IMG/VR virus record: IMGVR_UViG_3300045971_000101
Source of the DNA: a virus
Direction: 5' to 3' (one strand)
Length of the DNA stretch: 42,460 bases
A program made the position numbers and the translations under genes. Position 1 is the first letter of the stretch. Every line of letters starts with the position of its first letter. Under the pieces are notes generated by a model. The model was not told where the DNA came from. It worked only from the letters and a program-made list of their open reading frames with translations, and made no database searches. Below, piece by piece: positions 34,724-42,313 of this stretch.

Positions 34724-35020
34724 TTATTTATTGAATAAAGAATCTATAGATGATCTTTCTTCATTATCATCTATTAATGAAAAGTTTAGATTATAATTAT
34801 CGAATAATATCTGGATATCAAATTCATCTAATATTAGATCATCTAAACCTTTTAATCTTTCTTTATATTCATCCATAGATAATTCTTCGGATTGAATATC
34901 ATCTTCAAAATCGTGATAATCAATATATCTATTAATCAATCGTTCAAAATTATTAGAATCAATATATCTCATTATTGATTCATTCATCTTTATTTTAATT
35001 CTCATTTTATTATCTCTCAT
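34724..35020 (-). CDS. Highly acidic small early protein, the first gene of the minus-strand block
   Basis: 98 aa with about 25 D/E and about 13 K/R by hand count. Start choice is uncertain, with internal Met codons at 35005 and 34987. Confidence 0.5.
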   Translation of the reverse strand: MRDNKMRIKIKMNESIMRYIDSNNFERLINRYIDYHDFEDDIQSEELSMDEYKERLKGLDDLILDEFDIQILFDNYNLNFSLIDDNEERSSIDSLFNK

Positions 35021-35024
35021 TTAT

Positions 35025-35048
35025 ATTATATCATCCCATTGATGATAT
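35025..35048 (-). promoter_or_regulatory. Extended -10 TGATATAAT overlapping an 8-bp inverted repeat atatcatc-N5-gatgatat
   Basis: attatatca at 35025-35033 lies only 5 nt from ATG 35020. The inverted repeat spans 35028-35035 and 35041-35048. Confidence 0.4.
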
Positions 35049-35114
35049 TTATATTATAGATCATATTAAAATAAATATCTACTTTTATTTTATTTATTTT
35101 CATGCCATATTTAT

Positions 35115-35310
35115 ATGTTATATATCTTATAACATTAATATATTATATATCTTATAACATATCTATATCTTATAACATTAATATATTATATATATCTTAT
35201 AACATATCTATATCTTATAACATTAATATATTATATATATCTTATAACATATCTATATCTTATAACATTAATATATTATATATATCTTATAACATATCTA
35301 AATGTTATAT
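35115..35310. repeat. Tandem array with a 45-bp period: 8 direct copies of TATCTTATAACAT flanked by inverted ATGTTATA copies
   Basis: Core starts at 35123, 35148, 35166, 35193, 35211, 35238, 35256 and 35283, with spacings of 25 then alternating 18 and 27. Inverted half-sites at 35115-35122 and 35302-35309. Confidence 0.9.
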
Positions 35311-35394
35311 GGTGCAGTTATACTATATGCTGCCATAATCCTCTTTTTTGACCGGCTGGGGGAGAATGACTATGGATGTAGATGGCCACCAGTA

Positions 35395-35601
35395 TTCGTA
35401 CTGTTTTTAAGCTTTAAAAAAAAAAAAATTACTATATTACATCTTCGTACTGTTTTTAAGCTTTAAAAAAAAAAAAATTACTATAATACTTATGTATTAT
35501 AGTAATTTTTTAAGCTTTAAAAAATTACTATAATACATAAGTATTACATCTTCGTACTGTTTTTAAGCTTTAAAAAATTACTATAATACATAAGTATTAC
35601 A
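35395..35601. repeat. Nested direct and inverted repeats with two A13 tracts
   Basis: ttcgtactgtttttaagcttt+A(n)+ttactata at 35395, 35444 and 35551, plus a partial copy at 35506. A13 runs at 35416-35428 and 35465-35477. A 13-bp perfect inverted repeat attactataatac-ttat-gtattatagtaat lies at about 35477-35506. Confidence 0.85.
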
Positions 35602-35639
35602 TATTATACTTATCTAGATAAAAAAATAAAAAATATTTC

Positions 35640-35668
35640 TTGACAAACACAAATATTAAGAATATAAT
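35640..35668 (+). promoter_or_regulatory. Perfect sigma70-type consensus promoter TTGACA-N17-TATAAT upstream of terL
   Basis: TTGACA at 35640-35645, a 17-nt spacer, then TATAAT at 35663-35668. SD AGGTGA lies at about 35685-35690 and the ATG at 35694. Confidence 0.7.
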
Positions 35669-35693
35669 TAATAGATTATTAATTAGGTGAACT

Positions 35694-37100
35694 ATGTTAT
35701 ATAAGCCAACTCCTACAGGTCGTAAATTTCATTTAGCTAGAGATACTAATCTAGGTTTTGTACGTACAATCGTTGGTCCATTCGGGAGTGGTAAGAGTGT
35801 TACTTGTGTTATGGAACTACTATTGATAGCAACACATCAAGAACCAGACAATTATAACATAAGAAGAACAAAATTCGCCATAATCAGGAATACTTATCGT
35901 GAACTATTAGACACAACTATGGCTACATTTTTCACATGGATACCGAAGGAATCTGGTACGTATTCTGCCTTAAATATGACGTTTATGCTAGATCAGCAAC
36001 TACCAGACAATACTCAGATGCAGGCAGAATTCCTATTTCGAGCCTTAGATAAGCCTGATGATATTAAGAAACTACTTTCTTTAGACATCACAGCTGCCTG
36101 GATAAATGAGGTAAGAGAAATCTCCAAAACTGTATTCGACGCTGTACAAGGTCGTGTAGGACGCTACCCTCCCAAAATTCTTGGTACCTCACCAACATTT
36201 TTTGGTCTCATTACAGATACTAATGCTCCAGACTCAGACCATTGGTACTACACTTTATTCGAGGAAACATGCCCCTCAAACCATATTATATTTCATCAGC
36301 CATCAGGTCTCTCTCCTAATGCTGAAAACATAGAGAATCTACCTAAAAACTACTATCAGAACATGTCTCATGGTAAGACTAAAAACTGGATTGATGTCTA
36401 TGTCCACGGCCGGTATGGCTTTATTGCCGATGGTAGGCCGGTATGGCCAGAATATAAAGACGACACTCATTATTCTCCAATACCATATACTCCTGATCCT
36501 CGTCTACCACTGTACATTGGTATTGACTTTGGTTTAACACCTGCTGCTGTAATAGGACAGAAACTCACTTCTGGTAAATTTGTCATCTTCGACGAACTGT
36601 GTACGTGGGATATGGGTGCTGTCTCTTTTGGTCGTATACTTAAAGAAAAACTGAATCATGACTATCGCCTATTCCAAACAATAGAGATTTATGGTGATCC
36701 TGCGGGAACAGGCCGAAGCCAATCAGATGAATCTACACCATTCCAGATTTTATCCAACCAAGGTATTGACGCCTATCCTACATACACCAATGATTTCGAG
36801 ATTAGAAGGGAAGTCCCTGCCGACTATATGCTACGACTAGCATTCGATGGGTCTCCCGCATTCCAAGTCTGTTCTGGTGCCCCTACCACTCGCAAAGCAT
36901 GTGGTGGTGGATATAAGTATAAGCGTTTACAGGTCACTGGTGAGGACCGCTTCCATGACATACCGGACAAGAACAAGTACTCTCACGCTGGTGATGCACT
37001 ACAGTACATGATGCTGGGTGCAGTTGGTGGTGACCGTATCGTAGGCAGTTATGGCCATCAGCTTATAGACTACACTCAGACTAATAGGACAATCATATGA
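35694..37100 (+). CDS. terL: Terminase large subunit
   Basis: Walker A GPFGSGKS, Walker B-like ITAAWINEVRE, and nuclease-domain motifs IGIDFGLTPAA, YGDPAG and HAGDALQY. Confidence 0.9.
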   Translation: MLYKPTPTGRKFHLARDTNLGFVRTIVGPFGSGKSVTCVMELLLIATHQEPDNYNIRRTKFAIIRNTYRELLDTTMATFFTWIPKESGTYSALNMTFMLDQQLPDNTQMQAEFLFRALDKPDDIKKLLSLDITAAWINEVREISKTVFDAVQGRVGRYPPKILGTSPTFFGLITDTNAPDSDHWYYTLFEETCPSNHIIFHQPSGLSPNAENIENLPKNYYQNMSHGKTKNWIDVYVHGRYGFIADGRPVWPEYKDDTHYSPIPYTPDPRLPLYIGIDFGLTPAAVIGQKLTSGKFVIFDELCTWDMGAVSFGRILKEKLNHDYRLFQTIEIYGDPAGTGRSQSDESTPFQILSNQGIDAYPTYTNDFEIRREVPADYMLRLAFDGSPAFQVCSGAPTTRKACGGGYKYKRLQVTGEDRFHDIPDKNKYSHAGDALQYMMLGAVGGDRIVGSYGHQLIDYTQTNRTII

Positions 37101-37351
37101 CCGACCCATCAACGACACATACAGGTTTCGTGGAAGCATTACAAGTTGGTAAGGAATTACCTAATTCTTTGGGCTGGAAGGTTGCACAGAACTATATTAA
37201 TGCCATTGTTTCAATAATTCCTATTATTGGCGCATTTGTACCCGCCGTTTCCTTAATCTTGACGCCTGATGTAATTGCTACGTTAGCGGGAGTGGTCGGC
37301 TCTGTTAATGCATACATCACCACAGCCTCAACGACTAAGATAGGGTTGTAA
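37097..37351 (+). CDS. Small membrane protein, a holin-like candidate
   Basis: Hydrophobic IVSIIPIIGAFVPAVSLIL and IATLAGVVGSV. ATGA overlap with terL. Confidence 0.4.
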   Translation: MTDPSTTHTGFVEALQVGKELPNSLGWKVAQNYINAIVSIIPIIGAFVPAVSLILTPDVIATLAGVVGSVNAYITTASTTKIGL

Positions 37352-37463
37352 ACACATTGACATCGTACATGAGTTAAAAACGGATCCAACTGCTTTAACA
37401 ACTGAAGCCTTACTCAGAGAAATAGGGCACCTTAAAGCACAGGTAGACATTAGACTGAATGGT

Positions 37464-38069
37464 ATGGATAAGGCATTGGTTCTCTTTCGAGAAGAGGCAA
37501 TTCGAATCCATATCGAAATGGATAGACGAATACTACCAGTAAGAGAACTCGTCGCTGAACGATTTTCTTCTGTCGAGTTACAGTTTGAAGGAATAGAAAA
37601 ACGATTTTATGAAAGGGATATTAGAGTTAACCAGAATACTGAATATAATAAAACAGCTATAGCAACGGCACTCGCTTCACAAAAGGAAATAGCAGCGGAT
37701 CATATCACTGCGTTAAGTGCAGCGATAAATAAATCAGAACAGCATACGACAAACCAGTTAGAACAACAGAGGACAGTCCTAATCTCAGTAGAGAAAACAC
37801 TGTCAGAAAAGATAAATGATGTGTCTGACCGGATGAATCGCTGGGAAGGTGTAGGCAGTGGTAAAGGACAAATATCTGCACCTTTGTGGGCAATGGCAGC
37901 TTCTGTACTGACAGCCTTAATGATAGCAGGCTTAATGATGTTATTTGACAAACCTATGAATACCAAAGATAGTCAACCTTCTATAAATGCAACTAACATC
38001 GCAGATATTACTAGACGACTGGATAGTATAGAACAAACATTATTAAGACAACAACTTGGGAAACCGTAA
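37464..38069 (+). CDS. Coiled-coil protein with a C-terminal-proximal transmembrane segment
   Basis: Heptad-like sequence, then APLWAMAASVLTALMIAGLMMLF. The frame remains open 120 nt upstream without a canonical start. Confidence 0.5.
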   Translation: MDKALVLFREEAIRIHIEMDRRILPVRELVAERFSSVELQFEGIEKRFYERDIRVNQNTEYNKTAIATALASQKEIAADHITALSAAINKSEQHTTNQLEQQRTVLISVEKTLSEKINDVSDRMNRWEGVGSGKGQISAPLWAMAASVLTALMIAGLMMLFDKPMNTKDSQPSINATNIADITRRLDSIEQTLLRQQLGKP

Positions 38070-38073
38070 TGCT

Positions 38074-38157
38074 ATGATATCACTTATTAACATAGGGTTA
38101 TTTATCATAGGTATAATGGTGCTACGGGCTGCTTATGATTACTATGATGATTACTGA
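38074..38157 (+). CDS. Possible 27-aa membrane peptide
   Basis: MISLINIGLFIIGIMVLRAAYDYYDDY. It is below the ORF-track cutoff and has no SD support. Confidence 0.2.
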   Translation: MISLINIGLFIIGIMVLRAAYDYYDDY

Positions 38158-38250
38158 TTACACTTTAAATTAGGATAACTACAATGAGCAAGACAAAGAA
38201 AAAAGAACCCCCAATGCCAGGAAAACCGGGTAAAAAAGGCTGTTAATTCC

Positions 38251-38625
38251 ATGACAGGTTTATCATGGGAGGATACTAAATATATGCATAATAGGCATCA
38301 AGAGCATCATGAACACTCTGAACCCTCAGAGCATAACGTACACATAACCATTCACCAACACACCATAGAGGAAATACTAATGAAAATTAATGAATTACTG
38401 ACAGTCAACCAATCAATCAAAGGCCAACTGAACAAAGCAGAAGCAGAAATTGTTGCCAAGATTACCGAATTGCAAGATGCTGTTGCTGCCTTAACTGAGG
38501 CGTCTGCCAATGTCGACCTTCCGCAAGATGTTGTTGATTCAATTGCAGAAGTTCAAACGGCTGCGCAAGCATTAGATGACATCAACGCAGACCCAACTCC
38601 TGCTCCAGTAGACCCTGCTGTATAA
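38251..38625 (+). CDS. Hypothetical protein with a His-rich N-terminus and helical C-terminus
   Basis: HNRHQEHHEHSEPSEHNVHITIHQH, then a coiled-coil-like region. An alternative start at ATG 38383 has a better SD (AGAGGA). Confidence 0.45.
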   Translation: MTGLSWEDTKYMHNRHQEHHEHSEPSEHNVHITIHQHTIEEILMKINELLTVNQSIKGQLNKAEAEIVAKITELQDAVAALTEASANVDLPQDVVDSIAEVQTAAQALDDINADPTPAPVDPAV

Positions 38626-38645
38626 ATAACTAAAGCACATTAACG

Positions 38646-40877
38646 ATGGCCAAACAAAAGAAGCTTACTGACGACGATATATTAGCGATCATAGCCAATG
38701 AGCTATCTATGGCCAATGTGACGGTGCAGACGCCACAAGACCTAATTGATCCACTTAATTACTACTTAGGCAACCCACAAGGTAATGAACAAGAGGGTCG
38801 CTCCGCCTTGATCTCTACCGATGTTGCCGATGCGATTGAGTGGATCATTCCTCAAGTAATGAAGTCATTTACTCAGAACAATGAGGTGGTCATCTTTGAC
38901 CCGATTGGCCCGGATGATGAGAAGCAGGCAGAACTTGAAAGCGAGTTCGTTTACGACATATTAATGAAGCAAAATGATGGATTTATCTTAATTCATCAAT
39001 TTGTTAAAGACGCCTTAATGCAGCGAAATGGTATTTTAAAAGTTTACTATGAAAATAATGAAGAAGTTACAACAGAGTCCTATAGTGGCTTATCTGAAGA
39101 GCAATTACAGATGTTGGTGGCCGATCCGACTGTTGAGATTTTAAAGCTATCAGAAAACATTAGTTATACATCAGTACCAGAAAATCCAAATGTACAATAC
39201 TCTACTTATATTGCACAAGAAATTAAGTCCTATGATGTCAAAATTAAAATCACTAACAACAACCCAAAAATATGTATTGATGCTGTTCCTCTTGAACAGT
39301 TTCGCGTTAATAATCAGCACAATTCTATAAACCTCGATAAAGCAAGATTCACGTCACACATAGTAACCAAGTCCGTCTCAGATTTGATTGAGGAAGGCTA
39401 TGATCAAGAGATCGTGCAAAACTTGGGCGAAGCCAACTTACTTAGATCATCGTATCGGTTTGGCGCACAACATGAAAATACACTCCTACCCGCTGCCTTT
39501 GTTGATGATTTATCTTCAAAGCTGGTTGACGTGTGTGAGTGCTTTCTTAAACTCGACATGGATGGCGATGGGATTGCCACGCCTATGAAGATAACAGTTG
39601 GGGATTCCTTACCACCAACTGTGGTCCTATCTAAAGAAGAAGTAGATTGCAGTCCTTGGGTAGCTTGCACGTCTATTATCATGAGCCACAAGTTTAAAGG
39701 CTTATCCATCTATGATCGACTCAAACAGATTCAGGATAACAAGACTGCCTTACTTCGTAACATCATGGATAACCTGTACCTTCAAAACAATCAGAGAAAC
39801 GTCATCGTGGAAGGACAGGTTAATATTGACGATATGTTGGTGTCTCGTCCTGGTGGTATTATTAGGACTAAGCGTATTGACGCTATTACTCCTCTCCAAA
39901 CTCCTCAGATAGGAGATACTGGTTTCACGATGATGAAGTATCTTGATGAAGTTAAAGCGGGGCGTGTTGGCGTATCATCTGAAGGAACCGCTACACCACA
40001 GAATATTGGAGATAGAGTAGGTTCAGAAGGCGTTGAACGCATGATGACTGCTAAGGAAGAACTTGTTGGTCTTATCATAAGGGTAATTTGTGAAACTGGA
40101 ATCAAACCGCTCTGTACGAAAATACGTGATTTGTCAGTCAAGCACTTGGACACTGTTCAGGATTTTAAGTTCAGAGGGGAATGGGTACAGGTCAATCCTT
40201 CATCTTGGAAACCTAGACTCAAATCTACAGTACGGGTTGGAACAGGGACAGGAGACCACCAGAAGCAAATGGCCGCCATGGCCCAAGTAATGGCTGTACA
40301 AAAAGAGTTAGCGCAAACGCCATTGGCTTATATATGTAGTCCTGAGAAGGTATACAGTGCTTTGGATGATCTTTGCAAGTTTAGCGGTCTTAATGGTGCT
40401 GCCCGATATTTTGTTGATCCTTCAAGCCCTGAAGGGCAACAAGCGGCACAACAAGCCCAACAAACTGCACAACAAGCTAGTCAAAAACAAGAGCAAGCCA
40501 CAGTAGAAACATTGCGTCAGCAAGCAGAATTGGCTAAGTCTGCAACGACTACCGCTGAATCATTAATGGCTAATGTGCAGCTTAAAGGACAAGTTGAGCT
40601 AGGGAAACATCAACGTGAAATGGATAAAGCGACTTCACAAGCTCAGATTGCCGCTCTACAAATGCAGCTTGAGAAACAAACCTTACTCCTGGATGCGATT
40701 AAGACCAAGCACAAGGATGAACTGGATAAAGAGAAAATGCTACTTGATAACGCGATTAAACTCACGCAAATAGAAGCGACAGCCAAAGCAGATCAGGACG
40801 CTAACTTTATAGCGAATCAACAATTGATACAAGCAGCGGAAGAAGCCAGCGATAAGGAAGAAGGTGAATCAGATTAA
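38646..40877 (+). CDS. Portal protein with a long C-terminal Q/A/E-rich coiled coil
   Basis: 743 aa, located upstream of the scaffold and capsid genes. N-terminal ...SALISTDVADAIEWIIPQVMKSF... is typical of portal wing regions. Confidence 0.8.
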   Translation: MAKQKKLTDDDILAIIANELSMANVTVQTPQDLIDPLNYYLGNPQGNEQEGRSALISTDVADAIEWIIPQVMKSFTQNNEVVIFDPIGPDDEKQAELESEFVYDILMKQNDGFILIHQFVKDALMQRNGILKVYYENNEEVTTESYSGLSEEQLQMLVADPTVEILKLSENISYTSVPENPNVQYSTYIAQEIKSYDVKIKITNNNPKICIDAVPLEQFRVNNQHNSINLDKARFTSHIVTKSVSDLIEEGYDQEIVQNLGEANLLRSSYRFGAQHENTLLPAAFVDDLSSKLVDVCECFLKLDMDGDGIATPMKITVGDSLPPTVVLSKEEVDCSPWVACTSIIMSHKFKGLSIYDRLKQIQDNKTALLRNIMDNLYLQNNQRNVIVEGQVNIDDMLVSRPGGIIRTKRIDAITPLQTPQIGDTGFTMMKYLDEVKAGRVGVSSEGTATPQNIGDRVGSEGVERMMTAKEELVGLIIRVICETGIKPLCTKIRDLSVKHLDTVQDFKFRGEWVQVNPSSWKPRLKSTVRVGTGTGDHQKQMAAMAQVMAVQKELAQTPLAYICSPEKVYSALDDLCKFSGLNGAARYFVDPSSPEGQQAAQQAQQTAQQASQKQEQATVETLRQQAELAKSATTTAESLMANVQLKGQVELGKHQREMDKATSQAQIAALQMQLEKQTLLLDAIKTKHKDELDKEKMLLDNAIKLTQIEATAKADQDANFIANQQLIQAAEEASDKEEGESD

Positions 40878-40896
40878 CAACAAAAAGGTGAAGAAA

Positions 40897-41100
40897 ATGA
40901 TTGAAGGAAAAATGACAACAGAAGAGTATCTAAGAGAATTGAAAAAAGAGGCTATTAAAGAGGATTTGTTACAAGCATTTATGCATGGCGTAGGAACTGA
41001 AAGAGCTGTGGGGAATACGGGAGGTATTCTTTATGACGGAAATTATACACTTGATCCTCGTGAAATGGCGCTGGATTGGTACGATAACGTCATAAAATAA
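40897..41100 (+). CDS. Hypothetical protein
   Basis: ATG 40897 is preceded by AAGGTGA. 67 aa. Confidence 0.5.
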   Translation: MIEGKMTTEEYLRELKKEAIKEDLLQAFMHGVGTERAVGNTGGILYDGNYTLDPREMALDWYDNVIK

Positions 41101-41109
41101 GTTAATCTA

Positions 41110-41226
41110 ATGAAAATAGCCATACTCTATGTAGTATTTATTTTCTTAGTTGCATGGGTAGGATTCCATTTAGGTGAGTCTATTGTAAATAATGTACAAA
41201 TGCTTATACAAAAGGTGAAACAATGA
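41110..41226 (+). CDS. Possible 38-aa membrane peptide
   Basis: MKIAILYVVFIFLVAWVGFHLG.... ATGA-type coupling to the next ORF. Below the track cutoff. Confidence 0.35.
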   Translation: MKIAILYVVFIFLVAWVGFHLGESIVNNVQMLIQKVKQ

Positions 41227-41393
41227 ATGACTATATAATTATAGAAAGTACGAGTTTGCCAAGCCTTGCAAAGAGTGTGGTTGAGAAGATGGATGAAATG
41301 TATTTCCCATTAGGGAACATTACCGTATATCCCTTTGAAGATGGTAAAGGTAATGACAGACTGTTCTATCAAGCGATGGCTAGTTATAAATGA
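41223..41393 (+). CDS. Hypothetical 56-aa protein
   Basis: MNDYIIIESTSLPSLAKSVVEKMDEMYFPLG... fills the gap exactly, with overlapping stop and start codons on both sides. Confidence 0.45.
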   Translation: MNDYIIIESTSLPSLAKSVVEKMDEMYFPLGNITVYPFEDGKGNDRLFYQAMASYK

Positions 41394-41638
41394 TGAATAC
41401 TGAACAGCTTGAAAGAGAAATATTTATTGGGGGTAATGCAAATAAAGCTTATCTTTTATGGGTAAACCAATACATAAGTACTCAGCAAGAAATTTTATTT
41501 GAAGAATTTAAACAAGCTAATTTCCAGGCTTATGCGAGCTTACAAGCTAGAATGAATGCCATCAACGAACTTGAACGTTCTATAAAGCAGGATATTGAAA
41601 CAGGTAAATTAGCCAGTAAACAACTAAAAGGGGAGTAA
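41390..41638 (+). CDS. Hypothetical protein
   Basis: 82-aa ORF, translationally coupled to its neighbours. Confidence 0.55.
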   Translation: MMNTEQLEREIFIGGNANKAYLLWVNQYISTQQEILFEEFKQANFQAYASLQARMNAINELERSIKQDIETGKLASKQLKGE

Positions 41639-41639
41639 T

Positions 41640-41825
41640 ATGGAATTGCCAAGATATTTAGTAGACGCTTTATATAAATACTCTGAAGATAGCATCAGAG
41701 AGCAAGAGCAATTTGTGGAGTTACAAAAGCAAGCAGAAGAAGCTGATTTGGCTGAGGCTATTAAAGCGAAGCATAAAGACTCTTGGTTAGAACACTTGTT
41801 TAGACCTACAAATAAAGGGGGATAG
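41640..41825 (+). CDS. Hypothetical protein
   Basis: 61-aa ORF with an SD (GGGGAG) upstream. Confidence 0.5.
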   Translation: MELPRYLVDALYKYSEDSIREQEQFVELQKQAEEADLAEAIKAKHKDSWLEHLFRPTNKGG

Positions 41826-41826
41826 T

Positions 41827-42003
41827 GTGGTTACGCCAGTGTTAGAAATGGATGATAAATCTCGTATGTTATTAAAAGACTACCAAGAAATTGTATCAGG
41901 TCAGGTTGCGCTAGATAAAAATGCACATTTAAAAATGATTCAGCATAAATTAAACCATGATGAGCAGTTGCAAAGAATACAAGATAATTTAAAAGGTGAA
42001 TAA
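41827..42003 (+). CDS. Hypothetical 58-aa protein with a GTG start
   Basis: GGGGGA lies 5 nt upstream of GTG 41827. The ORF ends in a TAAATG overlap with the next gene. An alternative ATG is at 41845. Confidence 0.4.
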   Translation: MVTPVLEMDDKSRMLLKDYQEIVSGQVALDKNAHLKMIQHKLNHDEQLQRIQDNLKGE

Positions 42004-42303
42004 ATGAACGAAATTAATGAAAAAACTTTACACAATTTGGATATATCGGGTGCAAGAATAAATGTCCCCGATATTAAAGTTGTTGGCAATGGCGATATGT
42101 TTAAGTTGCTGTGCAAAGCGTCTAGTCAAAAAGAAGGATGGATGAAAAGTACAAAAGCCTGTGAAGTTAATGGTGGCTGTATTGTTCAAGTAACCACACA
42201 GCAGAAGAATCCAGACGGTTCTTATGTTGTCGCAGAAGCAGTCACATTTGTTCCAAATTGTCATATAGAAGATGATGACAATAATGGTAGAAAATTAGTA
42301 TAA
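42004..42303 (+). CDS. Hypothetical protein
   Basis: 99-aa ORF whose first 16 nt are identical to the start of the scaffold gene. Confidence 0.55.
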   Translation: MNEINEKTLHNLDISGARINVPDIKVVGNGDMFKLLCKASSQKEGWMKSTKACEVNGGCIVQVTTQQKNPDGSYVVAEAVTFVPNCHIEDDDNNGRKLV

Positions 42304-42313
42304 AGGCAAATGA

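Noticed and set aside
35102-35338. 78-aa ORF in the six-frame track (MPYLYVIYLITLIYYISYNISISYNINILY...)
   Set aside because: It is simply the translation of the 45-bp tandem DNA array. It has no SD, an absurd repetitive I/Y/N/S composition, and lies in the intergenic control region.
35366-35410. 14-aa ORF MTMDVDGHQYSYCF preceded by GGGGGAG
   Set aside because: The SD-to-ATG spacing is only 1-3 nt. The ORF runs into the repeat unit, is tiny, and has no support.
35115-35601. Possible CRISPR array
   Set aside because: The repeats are 13-27 bp, AT-rich and abut one another with a fixed filler sequence. There are no unique spacers and no cas genes, so these are tandem or nested repeats.
38184-38246. 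20-aa Lys-rich ORF MSKTKKKEPPMPGKPGKKGC
   Set aside because: It is too short, has only a weak SD and no recognisable family. It is noted only because it fills an otherwise empty gap.
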